From a virus (taxonomy: Duplodnaviria > Caudoviricetes): DNA of 29,719 bases. The translations under genes were made by a program, and so were the position numbers. The notes under the pieces were generated by a model that did not search any database, was not told where the DNA came from, and saw only the letters and a list, made by a program, of their open reading frames with translations. The stretch lies in IMG/VR virus record IMGVR_UViG_3300012952_000008, positions 1 through 29,719 of that record. One strand, 5' to 3'. The first letter of the stretch is position 1, and every line of letters starts with the position of its first letter. Below are positions 7,937 through 16,093 of this stretch, in pieces.

Positions 7937-8121
7937 GCGGCTACAAGACCCTTCGGGAGGTCTTGGACAAGTACCAGCAAGATCGGGCGGACGCGGCCCT
8001 CCTGCGGCTTCTAGAGGCCCGGCGCAACGGCGCAAGCCCCGAGCGCCTGTACCTGCTCCGCAAGGCCTACGATCGGGCCTGGCTGGCTGCCTCGTACGTG
8101 CGGACGCCTGATCATGGGTGA
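7933..8121 (+). CDS. Hypothetical protein (62 aa)
   Basis: GTGA overlap with the upstream ORF. Confidence 0.55.
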   Translation: MSGYKTLREVLDKYQQDRADAALLRLLEARRNGASPERLYLLRKAYDRAWLAASYVRTPDHG

Positions 8122-8326
8122 GCGGGAGGACCTGGAGGAGGCCCAGGAGTTTGCCCAGGCGGTGGCCGTTGAGCTGCTCGGGGAGCCGATGACGCGCGCG
8201 GCCCTCTTCCGGGCCCTGGACGAGGTGCCCAAGGAGTCCCCACACCGGGAGCCGCTGACGGAGCTGGCGCGGTGTGCGGTGGTGCTGCGGTCGCTGCAGA
8301 CGAGGATCCGAGACCTGGACGGGTGA
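8114..8326 (+). CDS. Hypothetical protein (70 aa)
   Basis: Overlapping start; ends at the boundary of module 3. Confidence 0.55.
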   Translation: MGEREDLEEAQEFAQAVAVELLGEPMTRAALFRALDEVPKESPHREPLTELARCAVVLRSLQTRIRDLDG

Positions 8327-8431
8327 TTGTGTGTGTTGTTTTTTTCGCACAGTGTGTTGACACTCTAGGGAAGGGCTGCCATAGTCATCTCAACAACGGG
8401 GGGCACGGAGCCCGCCACGGAGAACCAGACA
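8325..8431 (+). promoter_or_regulatory. Conserved expression module 3
   Basis: GATTG-TGTGTG-T tract; TTGACA 8357-8362, 17 nt, CATAGT 8380-8385; hairpin GGGC-ACGGA-GCCC; ACGGAG SD. Confidence 0.8.
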
Positions 8432-8809
8432 ATGTCCAGCTACCTCGTCAGCCCCAACCACGTCCTCGCAATCGTCGCCAGCGTCAACCGCTGCTCCTAT
8501 GACAACGCCCCGCTTCGTGAGCTGGCCCAGGCAGCGACCGAGCTGTACCGGGCGAACGCAGAGGCAAGCGAAGAGGATACCGCCAGCCTTCCCGCCTTTG
8601 ACGAGGGCGACGTCTACGAGGCCCGCAAGCTCTCCCCCGTGGAGCTGCTGAAGGCGCTTCAGGGGTACCGCTACCAGCTCAACCAGAAGGCCGGCGAGGC
8701 ACACCGGGACGGCCTGCGCTGCTCCGCCTATCGCTGGTGTAGTCAGGCCCAGGCCGCGGCGATTCGGGCGCTCCCTGGATACGAGGCCGCCGACTGGTCT
8801 ATCCGATAG
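8432..8809 (+). CDS. Hypothetical phage protein (125 aa)
   Basis: ATG after the module 3 SD; phage-like codon use. Confidence 0.75.
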   Translation: MSSYLVSPNHVLAIVASVNRCSYDNAPLRELAQAATELYRANAEASEEDTASLPAFDEGDVYEARKLSPVELLKALQGYRYQLNQKAGEAHRDGLRCSAYRWCSQAQAAAIRALPGYEAADWSIR

Positions 8810-8890
8810 CGCGGGCGCCTCGCGTTGGGGCAGGGGGTGCGCTCCCTGCCCACGCGAGAGGCGAACGGATCGCCCTCAGAGGAGGAGAGC

Positions 8891-9082
8891 ATGGAACAAA
8901 GACAGCACACGGCGCAGCTTGCGAAGAAGCGGCGCGCTAAGTGGTCAGACCGCTACACGGTGCAGGTAACTTGCAGCGCCTGCGGGCACGTGGAGCGCCT
9001 GGGGTTTGCGGGCTGGTCTGCCATCATCTGCCGGGGGTGCGGCTGCACGCTCCAGCGCGGCACGTACGAGGCCCAGCCATGA
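8891..9082 (+). CDS. Small Zn-ribbon protein (63 aa)
   Basis: GGAGGAG RBS; CSAC and CRGC pairs. Confidence 0.65.
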   Translation: MEQRQHTAQLAKKRRAKWSDRYTVQVTCSACGHVERLGFAGWSAIICRGCGCTLQRGTYEAQP

Positions 9083-9723
9083 GCACGATCGACCGAGACC
9101 AGCTGCGCCGAATGGGCGTGATCATACCGCTCCAGGGCCGGGAATACTTGACGCACGATGGGCTTGTCCGCCTGGCGCACGACCACGGGATCGAGAGCAT
9201 CGAGACCCGGATAGAGAGTTGGGATCCGGGAGAGCGCGCGGCAGTGGTCACAGCCACCGCACACGGGGCCCGGGGGACCTACACGGGAATCGGCGACGCC
9301 AACCCGTCCAACGTCGGGCGGGCCATCGCCTCGGCCTGCCTGCGGATGGCAGAGACGCGCGCCGTGAGCCGTGCCCTGCGGCTGTACACCGGCCTCGGGA
9401 TGACCTGCACCTCCGAACTCCCAGGCAACGCCCCACAGCCCGCAGAGTCCCCGCCACCTGAGCCCACGCCCCTGGACATGCTCCGGCAGACCGTGAAGGG
9501 CCCGATGGGCGTGACCACCCTGTCGGCCCTGGACATGCTGGCCCGGTACCTGCGCCAGGTGCCGGACACCAACGAGCCCCACTGGGACACCTGGCAAGAG
9601 CTGGAGGACGATCCAGACGGCCCGGAGTGGGCCCTGGCCCGCATCGGGCGACTGACCACACAAGAGGGGATCCGACCTGTCGAGATCCTACAGGCTGCGC
9701 TTGATGCGCATGGAGGAGAGTGA
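9079..9723 (+). CDS. Probable single-strand annealing protein (Rad52/Sak-like fold)
   Basis: LQGREYLTHDGL...AVVTATA...GIGDA...MAETRAVSRALR...GLG...EL pattern; directly upstream of ssb. Confidence 0.6.
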   Translation: MSTIDRDQLRRMGVIIPLQGREYLTHDGLVRLAHDHGIESIETRIESWDPGERAAVVTATAHGARGTYTGIGDANPSNVGRAIASACLRMAETRAVSRALRLYTGLGMTCTSELPGNAPQPAESPPPEPTPLDMLRQTVKGPMGVTTLSALDMLARYLRQVPDTNEPHWDTWQELEDDPDGPEWALARIGRLTTQEGIRPVEILQAALDAHGGE

Positions 9724-9724
9724 C

Positions 9725-10102
9725 ATGCCAATACGACACGCGACGTTGACAGGGGTTCTGGCCCGCACACCCGAGGCCAAGCAGATCGGGGAGCGCTCGA
9801 TCGTCTCCGGGCGCCTGGCGGTGTCCCAGGGGCGGGAGAAGCCCACGATCTGGCTGGACCTTACGGCCTGGAACCAGTGGCCCGCGGCCGACCTCCTGGC
9901 CTGCAGCAAGGGCACCCGGATCACCGTGTCCGGGCGGCTGACGCTGCGGACCTGGACAGCCAAGGACGGGACCGAGCGGGAGGGCCTGGGCCTGGACGTG
10001 GACGCCGTGGAGGCCCCGCGCGAGGAGAAGCCCCGATCCGAGTACGACGACGCCGGGCAGGTGTACCGCCAGCCCACGGAGGAGGACGATCTTCCCTTTT
10101 GA
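9725..10102 (+). CDS. ssb: Single-stranded DNA-binding protein
   Basis: OB-fold pattern (LTGVLARTPE, WLDLTAW, KGTRITVSGRL) and acidic C-terminal EDDLPF. Confidence 0.92.
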   Translation: MPIRHATLTGVLARTPEAKQIGERSIVSGRLAVSQGREKPTIWLDLTAWNQWPAADLLACSKGTRITVSGRLTLRTWTAKDGTEREGLGLDVDAVEAPREEKPRSEYDDAGQVYRQPTEEDDLPF

Positions 10103-10114
10103 TCGCATGTGATC

Positions 10115-10152
10115 GCCCTTGAGTTTGGCCTACCTGGGCCATTCTCGAGGGT
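10115..10152 (+). terminator. Hairpin after ssb (possible terminator, no U-tract)
   Basis: GCCCTTGAG-TT-TGGCCT-ACCT-GGGCCA-TT-CTCGAGGGT. Confidence 0.4.
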
Positions 10153-10155
10153 GGC

Positions 10156-10264
10156 GCGATCGTGTGTGCGTACTTTCTTGGTCTGTGTGCTTGCACTCTT
10201 CGGAGAGTGTAGTACATTGGATTCATCGACGGGGCGCACGGAGCACCCCCCAGGAGCTAAGAAC
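10156..10264 (+). promoter_or_regulatory. Conserved expression module 4
   Basis: GATCG-TGTGTG; TTGCAC 10191-10196, 16 nt, TACATT 10213-10218; hairpin GGGGCGC-ACGGA-GCACCCC; CAGGAG. Confidence 0.7.
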
Positions 10265-10735
10265 ATGACCAACGCCAACGCCACCACCATCTCCCTTAAG
10301 TTCCACAAGCTCATGCGGACCGCTCGCCTGGTCGGCACCCTGAAGAACGGCCGGGGAATCTACGAGCTGTCCACGGGTGGCGGCACCTACCACGTCCGCC
10401 GCGCTGCCTTCCGTGAGTCCGCCAAGGGCTACACCCAGGCAAAGGGCCTCACGGATGCGGACTACTGCGGTGCAACCTACACCTGCCGCGACGCCTACGA
10501 CCGCGCCGTGTCTCGTTACGAAGGCATCCTTCGGCGGGGGGTTGAGTACGGATATGCTGACTGGGTTGCGTCGGCCGAGGCAGTTATTGATGCCCTGAAG
10601 GCTAACCACACCGAGCCGGCAGCCCCCGCTGTTGAGGAGGCCCCCGCCGCCACATGGCCCGCGAAGTCTCGGTCTCTTGGCCAGGCTCCGGACGGGCTCG
10701 GGGAGTTCATCGAGTTTGATTTCGACCCTCGATAG
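10265..10735 (+). CDS. Hypothetical protein (156 aa), cassette payload
   Basis: ATG 10265 after the module 4 SD; followed by the conserved terminator. Confidence 0.75.
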   Translation: MTNANATTISLKFHKLMRTARLVGTLKNGRGIYELSTGGGTYHVRRAAFRESAKGYTQAKGLTDADYCGATYTCRDAYDRAVSRYEGILRRGVEYGYADWVASAEAVIDALKANHTEPAAPAVEEAPAATWPAKSRSLGQAPDGLGEFIEFDFDPR

Positions 10736-10767
10736 GCTCCAGGCCCTGGCCGCCCGCACTTGGCACG

Positions 10768-10798
10768 GGGCCCCTACGGGGGCCCTTTGTCGTTCTGG
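10768..10798 (+). terminator. Conserved intrinsic terminator
   Basis: GGGCCCC-TACG-GGGGCCC then TTTGTCGTTCTGG, the same tail as the array terminators. Confidence 0.8.
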
Positions 10799-10894
10799 GG
10801 TGTGTGCGCACGCTGTGTTGACACCTGCCCCCTGTGTGTGCCTATACTGTCACCAGACGAAGCGAGCACCAAAGCCCGCCACGAGGAGAAGACC
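10799..10894 (+). promoter_or_regulatory. Conserved expression module 5 (diverged leader)
   Basis: TGTGTG; TTGACA 10818-10823, 19 nt, TATACT 10843-10848; leader loop lacks GGA; GAGGAG SD. Confidence 0.65.
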
Positions 10895-11179
10895 ATGGAC
10901 ACCAACACACCCACCACCCGCGCACCCTGGAGCCTGGCCCGCCTGGATGGACACGACTGCTTTGACCACGCGGCCCCTGGAGCCCTGGAGCGCGTCCGCT
11001 TCGAGTGCAGCCGATGCCACACCACCTGGAGCCGCCACCGCAACCCGGGGATCTGGGTCGCCCAGAACATGGAGTGCAGCTGTGGAGCCCGCGCGCACTC
11101 CGACGACACCTCGATCGAGTGGTATTCAGACACCGAGTGTGGCCGCTGCCACGCCCAGCGCACCGAGGGGGCAGCATGA
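10895..11179 (+). CDS. Cys-rich hypothetical protein (94 aa)
   Basis: ATG after the module 5 SD; CSRC, CSC and CGRC. Confidence 0.7.
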   Translation: MDTNTPTTRAPWSLARLDGHDCFDHAAPGALERVRFECSRCHTTWSRHRNPGIWVAQNMECSCGARAHSDDTSIEWYSDTECGRCHAQRTEGAA

Positions 11180-11616
11180 GCCGGCTAGACAACGCACTCC
11201 GCAACCTGGGCCGCGCGCACCTGATGGAGGACGCCACCCTCCGCGCTCGGGCCATGCACCAGATCCTCTCACTGGCCGCCCTGGGCAGCGACACCGCCGA
11301 CAAGGGCACAGCCGGATCGGGCCTGTTCCGACCCCTGCCCCCGAGTCAGCGGCCGCCCCTGTCCTACGGGGACCACGACGACGTGCAGGACGTCCACCGG
11401 TGGGGGCGCAGCGCCCGCGGCTCTATCAACGGAGAGGGGGCACAGCTGTACTTTGGCAAGGGGTACCGGTCGATCGTCCGGGAGCTGGCCGACAAGGGCC
11501 GCGTCTGCTGGAGGCCCGCAGAGGGGCCAGGGGGACGGGCTGCCCTGTGGCTCACCGACGAGGAGGCCGCCGTGGTCCGTGCCGAGCACGACGCCCGTCA
11601 CAAGGTGACAGCATGA
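11176..11616 (+). CDS. Hypothetical protein (146 aa)
   Basis: ATGA overlaps on both ends; GAGGGG RBS. Confidence 0.65.
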   Translation: MSRLDNALRNLGRAHLMEDATLRARAMHQILSLAALGSDTADKGTAGSGLFRPLPPSQRPPLSYGDHDDVQDVHRWGRSARGSINGEGAQLYFGKGYRSIVRELADKGRVCWRPAEGPGGRAALWLTDEEAAVVRAEHDARHKVTA

Positions 11617-12533
11617 GCGCCCCGGACCTGGCGCGGCTGGTCAAGGACCGGATGTCCACCCCCAGGGACTGGCCCGAGGTCGTGGACACCGGACCGATCG
11701 GACGGGCGGCCCTGCGGCAAATGTACGACACCGAGCGCGGCGCCCCACGGTGGCGCCTGTCGGGCCTCGGCAAGTGCGCCCGGGCCCTGGCCTATATCAA
11801 GTCGGGCACGCCTCCCAACGGCCGCCAAATCGACGCGCGGGCCCGGCTGACGTTCTCCCTTGGGGACATGGTCGAGGCGATCCTGGTCCACGCTCTGGGG
11901 GAGGCCCTGGAGGGCGATCCGACCTGGGGGCTCCTGAACGTCGGAGAAGACCAGGCGGAGGTGTTCCTGGAGGTCCCCGGCCACGAGCCGATCAAGGGCC
12001 ACCCAGACGGGATCATCACTCGAGACGGGGAGCCCTGGGCGGTGCTTGAGATCAAGTCGATCGCCTCCTTCGGCTTCCAGCGGGCAAGCCGTGAGCTGGC
12101 GGAGGGCCGGTGCCCCTGGGACCCCTCGGAGAGCTACTGGTACCAGGCCCAGGCATACGCGGCCGCGCTCGACCTGGACCGGGTGGGCGTGCTCATGCTG
12201 TGCAAGGACTCGGGGGCGGTCTTGTCCTTCTGGGTCCACCGCGACCCGGGCTTCCTGGAGGCCCTGCGGGCTCACCTGGACATGGCCAGCCAGCCACCGG
12301 AGGACGTGCCGCGGGTGCTTCCCGATGGCCAGGAGCTGAAGCCTAGAGACGACAGGCACAAGACCCGAGGCACGCCCAACCGCCGCCACTCCGAACTGCC
12401 GTGGCAATGCCGTTTCTGTGCTCACCACGGCGCGGGGTGCTGGCCCAATCTGGTGAAGACGATCGGGCGTGACTACCGAGGGGCGCCGTCGCTGCAGCTG
12501 TTCGCCGACCGGCCCGATCTGGTGTCACTGTGA
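11613..12533 (+). CDS. Cas4-like PD-(D/E)xK exonuclease
   Basis: SGLGKCAR, GHPDGII, LEIKS, YQAQAYA and C-terminal CRFC...C (Fe-S-type Cys set); ATG 11613. Confidence 0.85.
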   Translation: MSAPDLARLVKDRMSTPRDWPEVVDTGPIGRAALRQMYDTERGAPRWRLSGLGKCARALAYIKSGTPPNGRQIDARARLTFSLGDMVEAILVHALGEALEGDPTWGLLNVGEDQAEVFLEVPGHEPIKGHPDGIITRDGEPWAVLEIKSIASFGFQRASRELAEGRCPWDPSESYWYQAQAYAAALDLDRVGVLMLCKDSGAVLSFWVHRDPGFLEALRAHLDMASQPPEDVPRVLPDGQELKPRDDRHKTRGTPNRRHSELPWQCRFCAHHGAGCWPNLVKTIGRDYRGAPSLQLFADRPDLVSL

Positions 12534-12991
12534 ACGTCCCGATCGAGCTGTTGCGAGTGTGGCGGGCTGTCATCCCTGGACAGCCCGCCGCACAGGCCCG
12601 GCCACGGTTTGCCAACGGCCGCGCGTATCGTGCCGGGCGCTCGGTGCAGTGGGAGACCGCCGCCTCCCACCTGATGGCGGAGAAGTGGCGCCAGGAGCAC
12701 CCGCCAGGGGTCAAGGCCACCGGCCCCCTGGTGATGGACGTAACGGCCGTGTTTCGGCGCCCCAAGCGGATGATCTGGAAGCGCCGACCGATGCCCAGGG
12801 AACCGCACGACCGCCGCCCTGATCTAGATAACGTCATCAAGGCCTGCGCCGATGCGATCCAAGCCTCGGGCGTCATCGACGACGACGGGGCGATCTGCGC
12901 CATCCAGGCGCGCAAGTGTTACGCTGCCGGCGACGAGTCCGCGCACGTGTCGATCGTGCTGAGATGGGCCGCACCGGAGGGCGAGGTATGA
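12530..12991 (+). CDS. rusA: RusA-family Holliday junction resolvase
   Basis: RPDLDNVIKACADAI...VIDDDGAI catalytic motif; N-terminal PGQPAAQARPR. Confidence 0.9.
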   Translation: MNVPIELLRVWRAVIPGQPAAQARPRFANGRAYRAGRSVQWETAASHLMAEKWRQEHPPGVKATGPLVMDVTAVFRRPKRMIWKRRPMPREPHDRRPDLDNVIKACADAIQASGVIDDDGAICAIQARKCYAAGDESAHVSIVLRWAAPEGEV

Positions 12992-13431
12992 CACAGGGAG
13001 CGCAGTGGCTGGAGAGACGGGCAGAGGCTGAGGTACGAGCGGCCCAGCTGGTGGAGAGGCACCAGGGCCCGGTCATGACGATGATCGCCCAGGCGATCCG
13101 AGACCTGGCACCCGAGACGGCGGACATGAGCCAGATCGAGGCCGACCTCCGGATCGCCGGTCTGGTGGCCGAGCGCCTGGACAACGCGATCCACCTGCCC
13201 AACGAGCTGGCCGAGGCCCTGGATCGCCCCCTGATCTGGCTGGTCACTCTGGCCGGTCTCGGGGTTTGGCGGTCCCTGCAGCGGAAGGAGCGCAACCGAG
13301 CCCGGCGTATGGCGCGACTTGAGGTGCTTCTAGCCGATCATGGACCCGAGCTGTCCAAGAGACGCCGACGGACCGCAGAGCGGCGCCTACGGCGCCTGAA
13401 GGCACACAACGAGGGCGGGGCCGCGTCGTGA
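12988..13431 (+). CDS. Hypothetical membrane protein, possible holin
   Basis: One hydrophobic segment (PLIWLVTLAGLGVW), very basic C-terminus, overlaps the endolysin start. Confidence 0.45.
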   Translation: MTQGAQWLERRAEAEVRAAQLVERHQGPVMTMIAQAIRDLAPETADMSQIEADLRIAGLVAERLDNAIHLPNELAEALDRPLIWLVTLAGLGVWRSLQRKERNRARRMARLEVLLADHGPELSKRRRRTAERRLRRLKAHNEGGAAS

Positions 13432-13997
13432 GGTTCGCGATCGTCGTCGGCCACCGTCGGGACCGCCAGGGAGCCCGCGCCCTGTCGGGTGTCCACGAGT
13501 GGGCCTGGAACGTGCCCCTAGCTGGTCGCCTGTGTGGAGAGCTGGAGGCCAACGGACACCGGGCGGATCTGCTGTTCCGGCCCAACGTCTCAAGCGGCGC
13601 GATGGGCCAGCTCGTGGAGCGTATCAACGCGGGCGGCTATGACGCGGTCGTGTCCCTGCATTTTAACGCGGGCGGAGGGGGCGCGGGGGGCTTCCTCCAG
13701 CTGCACCACCCGAGCAGCACCCGAGGGGAGGCCCTGGCCCAGGTCTGCCGCGGCGCCCACGGGCGAGCCTTCCCAGGGCTCCGGGATCGGGGCTTGTGGG
13801 CTACCACGGTCAACGGCTCGGGGACGGAGCTGTGGATCCTTACCAGGACGCGGCCCCCGGCTGTGATCGTTGAGTCCCACTTCGGCGACAGCGAGGATCA
13901 CAGCTACGCCACCGCCAGGCGGGACCAGCTGGCGATCCAGCTGGGGATCGGCCTGTCTGAGCTGGCCGAGCGTGCGGACTCTGGCGCACAATGGTAG
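13428..13997 (+). CDS. Endolysin, N-acetylmuramoyl-L-alanine amidase (Amidase_3)
   Basis: Zn ligands VVGH, E (VHEW) and SLHFNA; catalytic PAVIVESHF. Confidence 0.9.
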   Translation: MRFAIVVGHRRDRQGARALSGVHEWAWNVPLAGRLCGELEANGHRADLLFRPNVSSGAMGQLVERINAGGYDAVVSLHFNAGGGGAGGFLQLHHPSSTRGEALAQVCRGAHGRAFPGLRDRGLWATTVNGSGTELWILTRTRPPAVIVESHFGDSEDHSYATARRDQLAIQLGIGLSELAERADSGAQW

Positions 13998-14025
13998 GAG
14001 GGGGCGACCTGCCACGGGTGACGCA

Positions 14026-14307
14026 ATGACCGACATCGAGATCGAGAAGCTAGCCGACACCCTGATCCAGCGCTCCACCGAGCGCGCCCGCGTGCGCTGG
14101 AACGACCCGCAGGCCCTGGGGGCCATGGTCGGGGTTGCCGTGGTCCTGGTGTCCGCCGTCAGCGGCTACGCCTCCACCCAGGAGCGCCTAGAGGCAACCG
14201 TCACGATGGTGGAGGAGGTCCGGGACGACGTGCGGGCCATGCGCGGTGAGGTCTCGGGGATCGATGCCCTGGAGGTCCGGATCCAGCACTTGGAGCGCAA
14301 CCCCTAG
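14026..14307 (+). CDS. Membrane protein with coiled coil (holin/spanin-like)
   Basis: TM segment ALGAMVGVAVVLVSAVSGYA followed by a heptad coiled coil; directly after the endolysin. Confidence 0.5.
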   Translation: MTDIEIEKLADTLIQRSTERARVRWNDPQALGAMVGVAVVLVSAVSGYASTQERLEATVTMVEEVRDDVRAMRGEVSGIDALEVRIQHLERNP

Positions 14308-14308
14308 C

Positions 14309-14347
14309 CCAGAACGACGAGAGGCCCCGGAGGGCCTCGCGTGCGGT
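14309..14347 (-). terminator. Conserved terminator closing the cassette array, at the convergence of the two arms
   Basis: ACCGCACGCGAGGCCCTCCGGGGCCTCTCGTCGTTCTGG, nearly identical to 15279-15317. Confidence 0.8.
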
Positions 14348-14362
14348 GGGTAGAGTGAGAGG

Positions 14363-14824
14363 CTAGCCCCAGCCACTCTCCGCGCGCTGCGTCATGCGAT
14401 CTTCATAGGCGAACTCTTCATAGGAGCTGCCGCCCTCTTCGTGGCAGCCATCCTCCTCAATCGTGGCGTCTCCCTTGGCGCAGACGGAAGCCCAGCCAAT
14501 GGGGGAGAATGACAAGTCGAACTCCTCTCGAATGTAGCTGCCCACCTCCGAGAGATACGACGCCAGCTCATCGGGGGAGACTAGCCCATAGCGCTGGCAC
14601 CCCCACAGCTCCTCAGAGATCTCGTCCAAGCACTCTTCGTAGGAGCGAAGGCAGGTAGAGATCTGATCGCTGTGGCTGCCTGAGTCCATCTCGCGCTTGA
14701 GCACCTCAAGCACAGCGTCCACGCTGTCCTCAAAAGTCTTCAGGGTAGTCTGGCTGCAGGCGTTGTCCATCATCTCCTTGAGGAGAGGGAAGAGGTCAAT
14801 CTGGGTGGTGCTTGCGTTGTTCAT
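14363..14824 (-). CDS. Acidic hypothetical protein (153 aa), cassette payload
   Basis: ATG 14824 after ACGGAG SD; about 33 D/E versus 10 K/R. Confidence 0.75.
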   Translation of the reverse strand: MNNASTTQIDLFPLLKEMMDNACSQTTLKTFEDSVDAVLEVLKREMDSGSHSDQISTCLRSYEECLDEISEELWGCQRYGLVSPDELASYLSEVGSYIREEFDLSFSPIGWASVCAKGDATIEEDGCHEEGGSSYEEFAYEDRMTQRAESGWG

Positions 14825-14965
14825 GGTCTCGACTCCGTGGGGTGCGTCCGTCGCCCCCGTTTGTGGAACCACTATGCGCTCCCTCCCTGGTGGTGTCAAT
14901 ACACTTTCCCAAGAAAAGCACACAGACGATCCAGAACGACAAAGGGAGCCCCGGAAGGCCCCCTT
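14825..14965 (-). repeat. Cassette junction repeat A (terminator, promoter, ACGGA hairpin, SD)
   Basis: Terminator 14965-14931; TTGACA 14899-14894, 17 nt, CATAGT 14876-14871; hairpin 14858-14839. Confidence 0.9.
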
Positions 14966-14984
14966 GCGCTTGCTTGCGTGTTCT

Positions 14985-15173
14985 CTACTCCGGATACCAA
15001 CTGCAGATCCGCTCCGCAAAATTCTCCGCCGCCTCCCACCAGTCGGCAGTGTCCGTGTGGTTCGGGATCGGGCGCCTGAACTCCTCATAGTACATTTGGG
15101 CCACGTCGAATATGTCGATCATCGGGCTTGTGGGGGTGACGTCCTGGGTTTTGGCGAATTCTCGAAAGGTCAT
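14985..15173 (-). CDS. Small acidic hypothetical protein (62 aa), cassette payload
   Basis: ATG 15173 after ACGGAG SD; MTFREFAKTQ...SWYPE. Confidence 0.7.
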   Translation of the reverse strand: MTFREFAKTQDVTPTSPMIDIFDVAQMYYEEFRRPIPNHTDTADWWEAAENFAERICSWYPE

Positions 15174-15317
15174 GGCGTCGTCTCCGTGGGGTGCGTCTGT
15201 CGCCCCCGTTGATGACCTGACCATAGCAACCCCTCCGGTGGTGTCAATACACTTCGCAGAGAAAACCACACACGCGATCCAGAACGACGAAAGGCCCCGG
15301 AGGGCCTCGCGTGCGGT
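15174..15317 (-). repeat. Cassette junction repeat B
   Basis: Terminator 15317-15279; TTGACA 15247-15242, 16 nt, TATGGT with upstream TG; hairpin loop ACAGA; ACGGAG. Confidence 0.9.
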
Positions 15318-15332
15318 GCGGGCGGTGGGGCG

Positions 15333-15704
15333 CTAGCTGGTCCAGTTCCAGCGGCCCAGGACCCGAGGCCCTGGCGCGTCGAGCCATGCGAAGACGTTGT
15401 CTGAGTCGGTGTCGCAGCAAGTAGGGCCTACGTGCTGCGGTCGCGCTGCCCGCTCCTGGCGTGCCTCGCTGAGCGACTCCAACTCAGCATCCAGGCGCCC
15501 CAGTATCATGCCGAGCGCCGGCAGCCCCTGAACCTGGGCGACATCCAGGGACAGAAGCTGCTCGGCAAGGAACTCTGCCAGGCTGAAAGAGTCGGAGATC
15601 TCCCCCTTGGCCCGAAGAGACCAGCGAGAGTCGAGCCAGGAGAGCAATGCGTTGTCAAGCTCGGGCGGTATGTGGGCGGCGGTGTTGGCGGCTGCGTTGC
15701 TCAT
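15333..15704 (-). CDS. Hypothetical protein (123 aa), cassette payload
   Basis: ATG 15704 after ACGGAG SD. Confidence 0.7.
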   Translation of the reverse strand: MSNAAANTAAHIPPELDNALLSWLDSRWSLRAKGEISDSFSLAEFLAEQLLSLDVAQVQGLPALGMILGRLDAELESLSEARQERAARPQHVGPTCCDTDSDNVFAWLDAPGPRVLGRWNWTS

Positions 15705-15851
15705 GGTCTTTATCTCCGTGGGTGCGTCCGTCGCCCCCGTTTGTGCAACCACTATGCGCTCTCCCTGTCTGTGTGTCAATACACTTTGCCAAGAAAAACA
15801 CACAGGCGATCCCCAGAACGACGAAAGGCCCCGTAGGGCCTCGCGTGCGGT
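15705..15851 (-). repeat. Cassette junction repeat C
   Basis: Terminator 15851-15813; TTGACA 15779-15774, 17 nt, CATAGT 15756-15751; ACGGA hairpin. Confidence 0.9.
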
Positions 15852-15859
15852 AGGTAAAT

Positions 15860-16093
15860 CTAGCGAGCCAGCCAATTGAGGCGCGCCTCAAGCCGCGCAT
15901 ATTCTGAGGGGAGGTGACTTACACACCAAAACTCAACGCCCTGCATCCAGGCTGCGCGAAGCACCCTGCACCCGCCAAAACTAGGGGCCTTCGATGCATA
16001 CCACCGCACCGTACCCTCTCCGTCTCGGCTGTCGCAAAACTTGAAGCCCTGAAGGGCTGCGGCATTGATGTCGTCTCGGGTGCGCTTGTTCAT
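15860..16093 (-). CDS. Hypothetical protein (77 aa), cassette payload
   Basis: ATG 16093 after ACGGAG SD. Confidence 0.7.
   Translation of the reverse strand: MNKRTRDDINAAALQGFKFCDSRDGEGTVRWYASKAPSFGGCRVLRAAWMQGVEFWCVSHLPSEYARLEARLNWLAR

Noticed and set aside
11613-12533. CRISPR-associated cas4, or the 633-aa ORF starting at 10632
   Set aside because: No cas1/cas2 or array is present and solo Cas4-like nucleases are common in phages; the upstream extension overlaps better genes, so the start is 11613.
14825-15088. Shared peptide 'VLT...IVV.QTGATDAPHG' in several ORF-track N-termini as a protein domain
   Set aside because: It is the translation of the non-coding promoter repeat upstream of the true ATG.
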